A stretch of DNA of 64,000 bases from Abditibacterium sp. Its GTDB lineage: Bacteria; Armatimonadota; Abditibacteriia; Abditibacteriales; Abditibacteriaceae. The notes beneath the pieces were generated by a model. It was not told the origin of the DNA. It searched no databases and saw nothing but the letters and a program-made list of their open reading frames with translations. Below are positions 47,320 to 57,087 of this stretch, piece after piece. Where the stretch lies: contig OZ251992.1 of NCBI GenBank assembly GCA_965246885.1, positions 2,848,001 through 2,912,000 of the forward strand, in the 5' to 3' direction. The first letter of the stretch is position 1; each line of letters starts with the position of its first letter. A program made the position numbers and the translations under genes.

Positions 47320-49263
47320 ATGATTCTCACGGTGTTGCTGGCGGCGGCAGTTCTGAGCGCGTTCGGGTTTGCGGCGGCGGCGCCTTTTCGCAGCAGGGTC
47401 GGGCTTCGTCCCGATGGGGCCGCGTTCGTGGGCGCGGTGCTGTTGCCTCTTGTAGTAGCGTGGTGGTTCGCGCAGTATGGAGCACCGGGGAGTATCAGCG
47501 ACGCCTCGTCTCCCGATGCCCTCACGAATCAGTCGCTTTGGACGCCGGAACTCATCATCGGCTGGAAGTTCGCGCTCCTCACGCTGGGCGTATATGTGCT
47601 TTCGGTGCTACGGGTCATCGGGCGTTTTCCAGTTTGGGTGGCTGACGTATTGGTACTGGGCGCGGCGTGGGCGGCGGTAAAAGCGGCGCCGGACACGCTC
47701 TTATCACTGCGCTCCAGTTCGTTGGGCGACGCGCCCCCTTTGCTGCTTGTCCTTGGCAGGCACGATTTCACGCCGCTTTTGGCGGTAGTATGGGTGTGGG
47801 CGGTGGCGCGCATGAGCGCGTCGTTGTCGCGGCTTCCGGCGGTGCCGTCGGGCTATATAGGCTTAGTCGCTGGTCTGGTGCTGTTGCTGGCGGGCGGTCT
47901 GCGGGCCGGAAACGCATCGTTCGCACCGTTCGCGTGCGCGGGATTGTACGGCGCGGGGCTGACGATTTTCGTCCTCGCGCTCAAGCAACCGACCGCGCGC
48001 GTGGGATGGGCAGCGAGTTTGGCTGGCGGGTTTCTGCTGGGCATTGCGTCGGCGCAAGGTGCGCTCAACACCACTCTACCCGCCGCGCTGTGCTTTGCAG
48101 CTTTGGCTCTGGGGCTACCGATCGTCAACTTCTTCATCGTTGGCCTGCGCTATCGCATCCGAGGCAAGGCGCTCGAACCGGGCCGATCTTGGGTGCGGCT
48201 TGATTACGCCCTCTCGCGGCGCGGCGTGCCGCCCCGCAAAATCGCGAGCCTATTCTTTGGCATGAGCTTGTGGAGTTGCGCGCTCGCGTTCTTTGCGCTC
48301 CGATGGTTCTTTGGAAGCGATAGCGCAATATGGGGTCTGTTGCACGGCATCGTGTGGTTGCTTGCGCTGGGCGGCGGCGCGCTCGCGTTTTTCTCGCTTG
48401 CGCGCGTTCAAATGCGCCGCCGGATGGGGGAAGTTATCCCGCCGCGCCTCGAAGCGTTCGGCATCGAGATTTCGCCCGTTTCCATGCGCGAGGCGCTCGA
48501 CCAAATCGAAGACTTTATCGCGTCGGGGCGCCCACACCACGTCGTGACGAGCGATGCCAACGCGGTGCTGACTTCGCGCGACGACCCCGACTACACCCAG
48601 ATCGTGCGCCGCGCGGCGCTTGTCACCCCCGATGGTTTTGGCCTCGTGTGGGGCGCGCGCTTGCTCGGCCTCCCGATTTACGAGCGCGTAACGGGGGTGG
48701 ACATGGTGACTGGCATTTGCGAGCGCGCCGCCCGCAACGGACACCGCCTTTATATTCTGGGATCGGAAGACCCCATCGCGGAAACGGCGGCGCGCAAGTT
48801 GGCCGAGAAATACCCCGGCGCGACGTTTGTCGGCACCCATCACGGCTACTGGCGGCGCGAGGGGAAAGAACAGGGCCTTTCTGTTGAAGAAGCCGACGCG
48901 CGCATGGCCGACGAAATCCGCCGCGCCACTCCCGACGTGTTGTTCGTGGCAATGGGAATCCCAATGCAGGAGAAGTTCATCTCCGCGCAAATGGAACGCA
49001 TGAACGTCCCAGTATCTCTCGGCGTCGGTGGCTCGTTCGACGTTTACTCCGGCAAGTTCAACCGCGCGCCCGTCTTGGTGCAACGCATCGGCATGGAGTG
49101 GCTTTACCGGGTGTGGATAGACCCCTCGCGCTGGAAACGGATGGGCTACGTGCCCAAGTTCATGCTTATCGCCATTGGGACGTGGCTTACGCGCGGCAAG
49201 ACGACGCACCCGCTACATGCCGATGAGGTGCCACCAGTTCAGCACATACGGGAGAAAGAATAG
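47320..49263 (+). CDS. Fusion of a degenerate MraY/WecA-like membrane domain and a WecG/TagA/CpsF (GT26) glycosyltransferase
   Basis: C-terminal PDGFG, ERVTGVD, HHGY, VAMGIPMQE, GVGGSFD, EWLYR; N-terminal multi-TM domain. Confidence 0.88.
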   Translation: MILTVLLAAAVLSAFGFAAAAPFRSRVGLRPDGAAFVGAVLLPLVVAWWFAQYGAPGSISDASSPDALTNQSLWTPELIIGWKFALLTLGVYVLSVLRVIGRFPVWVADVLVLGAAWAAVKAAPDTLLSLRSSSLGDAPPLLLVLGRHDFTPLLAVVWVWAVARMSASLSRLPAVPSGYIGLVAGLVLLLAGGLRAGNASFAPFACAGLYGAGLTIFVLALKQPTARVGWAASLAGGFLLGIASAQGALNTTLPAALCFAALALGLPIVNFFIVGLRYRIRGKALEPGRSWVRLDYALSRRGVPPRKIASLFFGMSLWSCALAFFALRWFFGSDSAIWGLLHGIVWLLALGGGALAFFSLARVQMRRRMGEVIPPRLEAFGIEISPVSMREALDQIEDFIASGRPHHVVTSDANAVLTSRDDPDYTQIVRRAALVTPDGFGLVWGARLLGLPIYERVTGVDMVTGICERAARNGHRLYILGSEDPIAETAARKLAEKYPGATFVGTHHGYWRREGKEQGLSVEEADARMADEIRRATPDVLFVAMGIPMQEKFISAQMERMNVPVSLGVGGSFDVYSGKFNRAPVLVQRIGMEWLYRVWIDPSRWKRMGYVPKFMLIAIGTWLTRGKTTHPLHADEVPPVQHIREKE

Positions 49264-49416
49264 CACGATGCGAAACAGCGCGTAGGCGCCCAACACGCAC
49301 GCGGACGAGCCGATTGACCACGTAAGAACGAAATCAATGGCGGCCAGCACAGGATAACGGCGCTCGCGGTTCAGGTCGCGGCGCAGGCGTTGATGTTCAA
49401 GAAAGGGTGCGTTCAC
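49213..49416 (-). CDS. Small membrane protein
   Basis: 67-aa ORF with GGAG upstream and hydrophobic C-terminus; overlaps the 3' end of the convergent gene. Confidence 0.45.
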   Translation of the reverse strand: MNAPFLEHQRLRRDLNRERRYPVLAAIDFVLTWSIGSSACVLGAYALFRIVLFFLPYVLNWWHLIGM

Positions 49417-49506
49417 TTTTGCTCCTATAACTCTGTTTTTGCCATATTTAGGGCGCCGTTTTTTGGGTAAGCGCCCGCCTGCGCCACTTCTTCACACACC
49501 GCCGCC

Positions 49507-50475
49507 ATGTTCCTCTGCCTCACGCCTAACCCATGCCTTGAAAAGACTTTTCTCGTGCCCTCGTTCACGGCTGGCGGTTCCTATCGCATTGAGGTGGCCA
49601 ACATACGCGAGAACTTCGGCGGCAAGGGGATCAACGCCGCGCGTGTCGCGGCACGCTTTGGCAGTCAGAGCGTTGCCCTCGCGCCGCTTGGCCCCAATTT
49701 GCGCTCCCATTTACAAGCTCTCGCCCGCGCCGAAGGCTTTGAGCTACGCACTATCGAAGTCGAACTTCCTACGCGCACCTGCCACAACATCGTGAGCGAC
49801 ATCGGCTCCACCGAACTGCTCGAAGCCGGACACGCGCTTTCCCTGCGCGACGGCGCCGCCCTACTCGAAGCGTGGAAGACCGAACTGCCGCGCTGCGAGT
49901 TGGCCCTTCTTGGCGGCTCCTACCCGCCCTCGCCAGACGCGAATTGGCGCGAACACGCTGCCATCTTGTGTTCCCTCGCACGCGCCGCCGGTAAAAAGCT
50001 GATCTACGATGGCAAGGGTGAAGCCTTCCGACGCGCCGTGTTTTCCAAGACGCCGCCTTGGGCCATCAAACCCAACGCCGACGAAGCGCGCGAACTGCTG
50101 GGCCGCGCCCTTGACAGCCCCGCCGACGAGCGCAGTGCGGTGCGCGAGTTGCGGCGATGCGGCATTGGATTGGTGTTCCTCTCCTGCGGTGCGCGTGGTT
50201 GCTGGGTCGGCTATGGGAACGAGATCGAGTTTCTCCACGCTCCACCTGTCGAAACGGTTTCCGCCGTTGGAAGCGGCGATTCCCTCTGCGGCGCCTTCGC
50301 CGCCGTATTTCTTCAAACGGGAGACGTGTGGGAAGCAGCGGCGTGGGGCGTTGCTGCCGGGAGCGCCAACGCCGCCCGCTTGGAAGCCGCCGCGATTGGC
50401 CCGGCAGACGTCTCTCCTCTCGTGCCGGAAGTGCGCCGGGAGTTGGCGGAAGTCCGGTTGTGGAGCGGGGAATGA
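49507..50475 (+). CDS. PfkB-family hexose kinase (1-phosphofructokinase-like)
   Basis: TPNPCLE, GGKGINAAR, IKPN..E, AVGSGDS. Confidence 0.93.
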   Translation: MFLCLTPNPCLEKTFLVPSFTAGGSYRIEVANIRENFGGKGINAARVAARFGSQSVALAPLGPNLRSHLQALARAEGFELRTIEVELPTRTCHNIVSDIGSTELLEAGHALSLRDGAALLEAWKTELPRCELALLGGSYPPSPDANWREHAAILCSLARAAGKKLIYDGKGEAFRRAVFSKTPPWAIKPNADEARELLGRALDSPADERSAVRELRRCGIGLVFLSCGARGCWVGYGNEIEFLHAPPVETVSAVGSGDSLCGAFAAVFLQTGDVWEAAAWGVAAGSANAARLEAAAIGPADVSPLVPEVRRELAEVRLWSGE

Positions 50476-50714
50476 AACGCGCCCTTCTGGTGGCATTTTA
50501 TGGAGCGGCGTCCCTCCCGTTAGGCGCAGCGCTGTGGTTTTGCGTCGAACTACTGCGGGCCTACCGACCACCGGGCGCCTCCATCGTGATGACGCCTTTC
50601 CTCGACTGGAACGGACATCATCTTCCCTTCTGGCCCTGCCTCGCGGGTGTTGGAGCCGCCAGCGCTCTCGCACTTTACGGGTTGATGTGCGCCCTGTTCC
50701 GTATTTTCAAATGA
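50472..50714 (+). CDS. Small membrane protein
   Basis: ATGA overlaps with both neighbours; two TM segments. Confidence 0.65.
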   Translation: MKRALLVAFYGAASLPLGAALWFCVELLRAYRPPGASIVMTPFLDWNGHHLPFWPCLAGVGAASALALYGLMCALFRIFK

Positions 50715-51082
50715 ACAATCGCTTCTCCCGCGTGCTTCTCCCGCTTCTTTTCCTCGTCGCGGGCGTAGCCCACTTGCGAGCGCCCGAACCGTTCCTGCAA
50801 ATCATGCCGCCAATGCTGCCCTTTCCGCGCTTTTTAGTCGCGCTGTCGGGGGCCTGCGAGATCGCGGGCGGGGCGGGGTTACTCTTCCCGCGCACGCGCC
50901 GATGGGCGGCGTGGGGTTTGGTCGCTCTACTCATCGCGGTGTTTCCGGCGAACATTTACTGCGCGCTGCATGGGTTGCAGTTGAACGGCGCCGAAGTGCC
51001 ACGTTGGATGTTATGGGCGCGCTTGCCATTGCAACTGCCGCTCATTTGGTGGGCTTATGCGGAAGCGATGCGCGGGCCTTAG
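50711..51082 (+). CDS. DoxX-like membrane protein
   Basis: AGVAH, SGACEIAGG, AVFPANIY, ARLPLQ. Confidence 0.88.
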   Translation: MNNRFSRVLLPLLFLVAGVAHLRAPEPFLQIMPPMLPFPRFLVALSGACEIAGGAGLLFPRTRRWAAWGLVALLIAVFPANIYCALHGLQLNGAEVPRWMLWARLPLQLPLIWWAYAEAMRGP

Positions 51083-52332
51083 CCCCAGCTTCCTCGCGCC
51101 CGCATCGCTTCACTCACGCGGCCCACGCCCGCGATGTAGGCGGCCAAGCGGAAGTCCACCTTTTCGCGGACGGCGATAGTGGCGACTTCGTTGGTCGCGT
51201 TGACCATGATCTTTTCCAGCCGCGCGGCGACTTCATCGGCGCTCCAGAAATACTCGTCGCGGCCCTGCACCCACTCGAAATAAGAGACCGTCACGCCGCC
51301 CGCGTTGGCGAGGATGTCGGGCACAAGGATGACGCCATTATCGCGCAAGATGGGGTCAGCGTCGGGAGAAGTGGGGCCGTTGGCGGCTTCGATGAGCAGT
51401 TTGGGCCGGATGCGCGGCGCGTTTTGAGCGGAAATTTGGTTTTCGAGCGCGGCGGGGATGAGCACGTCGCACGGCAACTCCAATAATTCAGCATTAGAGA
51501 TGCGCCCCGCCGAGAAATCGAGGGGAAGCGCGCCGCCCACCGCGCTTCTTCGCGCCAACTCTTCGACATCCAACCCCTTGGCGTCGTACCAGCCGCCAAG
51601 GGCGTCCGAAACGGCGACGACGCGGCACCCGAATTCACGCGCCAGAATGAGCGCGGCGTTGCGGCCCACGTTGCCAAAACCTTGGATGGCCACGCTCGCG
51701 CCGGAAAGCGTGAGGCCAATGCGCCGCGCGACCTCGCGCGTGACGATGGCGACGCCGCGCCCGGTCGCTTCCTCGCGGCCCGCCGACCCGCCAATCGAAA
51801 GCGGTTTGCCGGTTACTACGCCGGGGACGGCGTAGCCCACGTTTTGCGAATACGCGTCCATCATCCACGCCATCGTTTGGGCGTTCGTGCCCATGTCGGG
51901 CGCGGGCACGTCCTTTTCGGGGCCGAGAATGGGCAGGATTTCCGTCGTGAAGCGGCGCGTGAGGCGCTCCAATTCGCCGTTCGATAGCGTTTTGGGGTCA
52001 ACCGTCACGCCGCCCTTGGCGCCGCCAAAGGGAATGGAAACGACGGCGCACTTCCACGTCATCCACATGGCGAGGGCGCGCACTTCGTCCAAGTCCACCC
52101 CCGGCGCGAAACGGATACCGCCTTTGGCTGGCCCCCGGTCGGTGTTGTGCTGGACGCGGAAGCCTTGGAAGACGCGCGTCGTGCCGTCGTCCATAACAAC
52201 GGGAACGGCCACTTCGAGGCTCCGCTTGGGCGCGCGCAAACGGGCGTGCAGCCCAGCGTCAAGGTCGATTCTCTCCGCCACGATGTCGAGTTGTTCGAGC
52301 GCGTTATGCCACGCGGATGGGGTTGTTTCCAC
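51079..52332 (-). CDS. gdhA: Glu/Leu/Phe/Val dehydrogenase (glutamate dehydrogenase)
   Basis: GPAKGGIRF, MTWK, GGAKGG, VPAPD, EATGRG, QGFGNVG, EAANGP, NAGGVTVSYFEW; GTG start inferred. Confidence 0.94.
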   Translation of the reverse strand: METTPSAWHNALEQLDIVAERIDLDAGLHARLRAPKRSLEVAVPVVMDDGTTRVFQGFRVQHNTDRGPAKGGIRFAPGVDLDEVRALAMWMTWKCAVVSIPFGGAKGGVTVDPKTLSNGELERLTRRFTTEILPILGPEKDVPAPDMGTNAQTMAWMMDAYSQNVGYAVPGVVTGKPLSIGGSAGREEATGRGVAIVTREVARRIGLTLSGASVAIQGFGNVGRNAALILAREFGCRVVAVSDALGGWYDAKGLDVEELARRSAVGGALPLDFSAGRISNAELLELPCDVLIPAALENQISAQNAPRIRPKLLIEAANGPTSPDADPILRDNGVILVPDILANAGGVTVSYFEWVQGRDEYFWSADEVAARLEKIMVNATNEVATIAVREKVDFRLAAYIAGVGRVSEAMRARGSWG

Positions 52333-52513
52333 CCCCAACAATTTACCGCGCCGTCCAGATGTGCGCCGCCTAATTCCCACCGACACAATGGCAGGGCCAC
52401 CAAAGAAGCGGTTAAAAGTAATTTTTCTCGGAATGTGGTATGAAAGTGCGTTTTACTACTGACTACCGAGGTTCACCGCTATCCATCTTCCATCGAAACG
52501 CCGCGTCGCGCCC

Positions 52514-55132
52514 TTGCCGTTTGTGCTCTCGGCGTTCGCGCTCCTTCCGCTTCCGGTTCTTATCACACCGAGATTATTGGGAGACAGCATCGTCGAGTTC
52601 AGTTGGGTATTGTGGCAGGCGCTCGCTTCGGTGTGGGCTTTCGCGTGCGCCTTGGGCACGGCGCGCTGGGCAGTCGGCGCGTTGGGAGCGGGGAGCGGAA
52701 GCGGAGCGAGCACGAATCAATCTCTGATGGGCGACGGGCGGGGGGCGCACATGTTCGGACTACGCGCCCTCGCTTTGGCGTGGGGTCTCAACGCTCTGGG
52801 CGATGCGCTGTTCTTTATCTGGCAAAGTCGCCTTGGCTCCGACGTTTTTCAAAGCGCCTCGCGGGTACCGTATCTGAGCGCCAACCTTGTTTTGTTTGTC
52901 GGATTGCTCGCCCTTTTACACGCCGACCAGTTGTACGACCGCGTGCGCGCGGCGCTCGACTCGCTACTGTTGACCGTGTGCGCGGGCCTGATGATGTGGC
53001 GCTTCGTGTTCGCTCCGGCGTTGCAAAGTGCGGCGGGCACGGCGGCACGCCCGATTCTGGTTATTTACACCGTGTTGGTATTGGGACTACTTTTCCTTTC
53101 TCTCTTTTCACTCGCGTCCAGCCGCACCACGCCCCAATCGCTACGCCCGCGCGCGATTTTGTGCGCAGCGTTTCTGCTGATTTGCGCGTCGAACACACTC
53201 CTTCTCGTGGGCGCCGCGCATAACAGCCAACGGACGCAGATTCTGGGCACGATATTGTGGAGCGCAGCCATGCTGGTGGCAGGGCTGTCGGCACTACAAT
53301 GCCGCGATCTCTTGCCCACCCCCGGAACGGAACCCATCTTCCGCCTCGCCCGCCTCGTGCCGTCCATCTTGCCTTACGGCTTTTTACTCATCGCCATCGC
53401 GCTCGCGGCGGACGTGCTCGACGAGTTGGACAGTCATGAGCGCACCAACATAACTGTCGCCATCATCATCCTCTCGTTGCTGGCGCTCCGGCAAATTTTG
53501 GTGGCGATTCAAAACGTGCGCTTGCAAAACCAGTTAGTACGCTTCTCGCTTGAATTGGACGACCTCGTCGCGCTCCGCACGCGCCAATTGGAAGCGCAAA
53601 ACCGCTTCTCAAGGCGCCTCAATGCCGCTCAGTTGACCCAAGAAAGCCTCGCGGCCCTGCTGGAGTTCGCGCCGATTCTCTTACCCAAGCACCCCTTCGC
53701 GCTGTGGCTAACGACCGACGGCGACGCCCTGAAGTTGGCGGGCACCAACGCGCCGCCGGAGTGGGCGGCGTGGCTCGCCGAACACGCGCCCACCGAAGGC
53801 GATTTCGCCACTAATCGCACCCCGCCCATGCTGCGCGTCGCGCCGCTCCGACGAGGTGAGAGCGTTTTGGGCTTTCTGGCCATCATCATCGAGCCGCAAG
53901 GCTTCGACCCGACCGAAGACGCCATTTTGAAGTTCATGGCGCGCGAGGGTGCCCTCGCTCTCCAAAACGCGCGGCTCTACGAACAGGCGCTTGTGGACGC
54001 CGAACACGACGACGTAACGGGCCTGCTCAACCATCGCGGCGTGCAAGAGCGCCTCGCCAAACTGGTCGCCGCCGCGCACCTGTCGGGCGAGCCGTTGGGC
54101 GTGGCGCTTATGGACTTGGACAGGTTCAAGCTGTTCAACGACACCTACACGCACGTTGTGGGCGACCTCGTTTTGAAACACGTCGCCGCCATTTTGTGCG
54201 CTGAAATGGGCGAGGGCGCCCTCTTTGGGCGCTTTGGCGGCGACGAGTTTTTGCTCATCTTCCCCGGCGCGCACCGCGAAGCGGTGTTACACCGCATCGA
54301 AGTGCTGGGCGATCTCCTCGCGTCGCGCGGCTTTCTCATCCCCGGTCAGGGCCAGCCCGTCCCTCTCGCCGTTTCGTTCGGTGTGGCGATGTTCCCCGAC
54401 GACGCGACCGGCCTGCAACGGCTGCTTTCGGTCGCCGACTCGCACCTCTTCGCCGCCAAGAATTCCGGCCTGAGCGTGCGCTCCTCGACCGAAATGGAGC
54501 GCACGCGCGCGCGCCTCCGCACCCACGACTCCTTTAGCGCCCTCGATGCCATCGTCGCCGCCATTGATTCCAAGGACTCTTACACCCGCGCCCACTCCGA
54601 GGATGTTACCGAGTTGGCGCTACAATTGGCGAGCGCACTCGGCTTGTCCGAAGAAACCCGCAAGATGCTGCGCACTGGCGCGCTCTTGCACGATGTCGGC
54701 AAAATCGCCGTTCCCGACGAGGTGCTGTGTAAACCCGGACAACTCACGCCCGAAGAGTTTGCCCAAATGAAGACCCACCCTTGGATCGGTGCCATCCTCG
54801 TTTCGGCCATGCCGGGGCTGGGCAACATCATCGAAATGGTGCGCAACCACCACGAGCGCTTCGACGGAACCGGCTACCCCGATCGCTTGGCGGGCGAGGC
54901 TATCCCGCCCTTGGGTCGCTTGCTCGCCGTCGCCGATGCATACTCGGCCATGACGCAACACCGCCCGTATCGCCGCGCCTTGTCCGAAGCCGAAGCGTTG
55001 GAGCGCATCGAAGCGGGCGCCGGCACGCAGTTCGACCCTCATATGGCCGCTACTTTTGTGCGCCTCAAACGCGCCGCACTCAACGGCACCCGCGCACAAG
55101 CCCACAACCCGGCGAGCGCAGAGGCGGCCTAA
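52514..55132 (+). CDS. Membrane GGDEF plus HD-GYP c-di-GMP signalling protein
   Basis: Multi-TM N-terminus; GRFGGDEF; LLHDVGKI; HHERFDGTGYP; start uncertain. Confidence 0.93.
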   Translation: MPFVLSAFALLPLPVLITPRLLGDSIVEFSWVLWQALASVWAFACALGTARWAVGALGAGSGSGASTNQSLMGDGRGAHMFGLRALALAWGLNALGDALFFIWQSRLGSDVFQSASRVPYLSANLVLFVGLLALLHADQLYDRVRAALDSLLLTVCAGLMMWRFVFAPALQSAAGTAARPILVIYTVLVLGLLFLSLFSLASSRTTPQSLRPRAILCAAFLLICASNTLLLVGAAHNSQRTQILGTILWSAAMLVAGLSALQCRDLLPTPGTEPIFRLARLVPSILPYGFLLIAIALAADVLDELDSHERTNITVAIIILSLLALRQILVAIQNVRLQNQLVRFSLELDDLVALRTRQLEAQNRFSRRLNAAQLTQESLAALLEFAPILLPKHPFALWLTTDGDALKLAGTNAPPEWAAWLAEHAPTEGDFATNRTPPMLRVAPLRRGESVLGFLAIIIEPQGFDPTEDAILKFMAREGALALQNARLYEQALVDAEHDDVTGLLNHRGVQERLAKLVAAAHLSGEPLGVALMDLDRFKLFNDTYTHVVGDLVLKHVAAILCAEMGEGALFGRFGGDEFLLIFPGAHREAVLHRIEVLGDLLASRGFLIPGQGQPVPLAVSFGVAMFPDDATGLQRLLSVADSHLFAAKNSGLSVRSSTEMERTRARLRTHDSFSALDAIVAAIDSKDSYTRAHSEDVTELALQLASALGLSEETRKMLRTGALLHDVGKIAVPDEVLCKPGQLTPEEFAQMKTHPWIGAILVSAMPGLGNIIEMVRNHHERFDGTGYPDRLAGEAIPPLGRLLAVADAYSAMTQHRPYRRALSEAEALERIEAGAGTQFDPHMAATFVRLKRAALNGTRAQAHNPASAEAA

Positions 55133-55157
55133 CCCCGCTTCGGCACCCGACTTGCAA

Positions 55158-55180
55158 TTTGTAGCCGCGCGGGTTACAGT
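55158..55180. promoter_or_regulatory. Putative Rrf2 operator 1
   Basis: TGTAGC-N7-GTTACA palindrome upstream of the Rrf2 gene. Confidence 0.7.
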
Positions 55181-55198
55181 TAATAGGTAGAGTTTCCG

Positions 55199-55630
55199 AT
55201 GGCCCAAAATTGTCGCTTTGCGTTCGCCGTTCACGTCTTGAGTTCCCTCGCCCTTCACCCCGAAGGCGCGATGAACTCCGATCAACTCGCGCAGACCGTC
55301 AATACTAACCCCGTCGTCATTCGCCGCTTGCTGCTTGACCTACGCGACGCGGGCCTCGTCGAAACCCAGCGCGGGCCGGGGGGAGGCGCCAAATTAGCCC
55401 GCGACGCCAAAGACATCTCGCTCGCGCAAATCTACACCGCCGCGTCGGGCGAGTTCTCGCTGTTTGGCGACCATCCCAACGAACCCGCGCAGTGTTGCCC
55501 CGTCGGGCGCGGCATCAAAGCCGTGCTCGAAGGCGTCGCGCAAAAAGCCGTCGCGTGCGTCAAAGAGCATTACGCCGCTATGTCGCTCGCCGATGTCGTC
55601 GCCCAACTCCAAGCCGAACCGCCCGCCTAA
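55199..55630 (+). CDS. Rrf2-family regulator (YwnA/HypR/SifR-like)
   Basis: RFAFAVHVL, VNTNPVVIRR, GPGGG, CPVG. Confidence 0.93.
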   Translation: MAQNCRFAFAVHVLSSLALHPEGAMNSDQLAQTVNTNPVVIRRLLLDLRDAGLVETQRGPGGGAKLARDAKDISLAQIYTAASGEFSLFGDHPNEPAQCCPVGRGIKAVLEGVAQKAVACVKEHYAAMSLADVVAQLQAEPPA

Positions 55631-55651
55631 GGCGCTTCACCGCGCCGCGCC

Positions 55652-55675
55652 GCCGCTTGAAAGAGCGGCTTTTTT
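55652..55675 (+). terminator. Intrinsic terminator after the Rrf2 gene
   Basis: GCCGCT-TGAAAG-AGCGGC followed by TTTTTT. Confidence 0.75.
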
Positions 55676-55684
55676 GGACTGACA

Positions 55685-55707
55685 TTTGTAACCAACTCAG
55701 TTACCAT
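55685..55707. promoter_or_regulatory. Putative Rrf2 operator 2
   Basis: TGTAAC-N7-GTTACC upstream of the azoreductase gene. Confidence 0.7.
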
Positions 55708-55711
55708 CGCC

Positions 55712-56338
55712 ATGACCATCTTACACCTCGATTCCTCGCCGCGCGCCGCGTCCCATTCGCGCGCCCTGTCCGCCGAAGCCGTCACCTCACTGCGCGCCCA
55801 CTTCCCCGAAGCGAAAGTCATCTACCACGACTTAGGCCGCCAGCCCTTGCCCGTCGTGAGCGAGGACTGGGTAAGCGCCGCCTTCTCCGACCCCGCGACG
55901 CACTCGCCCGAACTCAAGCAAGCCATCGCCCTGTCCAATACCCTCGTGGACGAGCTACTCGAAGCCGACATTCTCGTCGCGGGGGTGCCGATGTATAACT
56001 TCTCCATCCCCGCCGCTTTCAAGCTGTGGATAGACCAAGTCGTTCGCTTCGGGCGCACCTTCGCCATCGGCGCCACCGGCATCGCGGGCTTGGTGCCCGA
56101 CAAGCCCACCCTCTTCGTCACCTCGCGCGGCGGCGGCGGCTACGGGCCGGGCGAGTCGCGCGAAGCCGTCAACTTTGAAGGCCCGTATCTTAAGGCCGCA
56201 TTCTCCTTCATCGGCATCAAAAATACCCACTTTGCGCACCTCAACAACGCCAACGACGACGCGCTGCGCCCCGCCGAACTCGAAGCCGCGCGCACCGAGG
56301 TTGCGAAGTTCGTCGCGTCGGTCGGGGGTGCTTTGTGA
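55712..56338 (+). CDS. azoR: FMN-dependent NADH-azoreductase
   Basis: LHLDSSPR...[23 protein letters not shown]. Confidence 0.92.
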   Translation: MTILHLDSSPRAASHSRALSAEAVTSLRAHFPEAKVIYHDLGRQPLPVVSEDWVSAAFSDPATHSPELKQAIALSNTLVDELLEADILVAGVPMYNFSIPAAFKLWIDQVVRFGRTFAIGATGIAGLVPDKPTLFVTSRGGGGYGPGESREAVNFEGPYLKAAFSFIGIKNTHFAHLNNANDDALRPAELEAARTEVAKFVASVGGAL

Positions 56339-57075
56339 ACCTGCGCGGCAAAACATTCATAGTCACCGGCGCCACGTCCGGCATTGGCCGCGCGAGCGCC
56401 CTCAAATTGGGCAAGCACGGCGCCAACGTCATCTTGTCGGGCCGTAGCGTTGCCGAGGGAGAAAAGACACGCGCGGCGGTTGAAGAAGCGGGCGGTAAAG
56501 CCGCCTTCCTCGCGGGCGATTCGGCGCTGTTAGAAACGCACCGTGCCCTTGTCGAGGCCGCCAAGGAGCATTTCGGCGGGCTTGACGGCGCCTTCAACAA
56601 TGCGGGCTATGGGGAGTTCTTGCCGCTCGCTGAGGCCGATGGCGACTCCTATGAGCGACAGATGAGCGTCAACGTCAAGGGCGTTTTCTTCGCCCTGCAA
56701 GCACAACTGCTCGTCCTCAAAGCGGGCGGCTCCGTCGTGATAAACGCGAGCATCGCGGCGGGAGGCATGGCGGGCGCGGGGATATACGCGGCGACCAAAG
56801 GCGCAGTTATCTCTCTCGGTCGTAGTGCGGCGTTGGAAGTTGCGACACGCGGCGTGCGCGTCAACATCGTTAGCCCCGGCCCCATCCTCACCGAAGGCGC
56901 CTTGCACGTAATGGGGCCGGAGAACTTTGAAAAGCAAATGACGCCCCTCGTTCCGATGGGCCGCGTCGGACGTCCAGAAGAAATCGCTTCTGTCGTCGCC
57001 TTCCTGCTTTCCGACGGCGCCAGTTTCATCACCGGCCAAAATCTCAACGTGGATGGCGGCGTCACCATCCGCTAA
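56335..57075 (+). CDS. SDR-family oxidoreductase
   Basis: [27 protein letters not shown]. Confidence 0.93.
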   Translation: MNLRGKTFIVTGATSGIGRASALKLGKHGANVILSGRSVAEGEKTRAAVEEAGGKAAFLAGDSALLETHRALVEAAKEHFGGLDGAFNNAGYGEFLPLAEADGDSYERQMSVNVKGVFFALQAQLLVLKAGGSVVINASIAAGGMAGAGIYAATKGAVISLGRSAALEVATRGVRVNIVSPGPILTEGALHVMGPENFEKQMTPLVPMGRVGRPEEIASVVAFLLSDGASFITGQNLNVDGGVTIR

Positions 57076-57087
57076 TCAAAGCACGCT

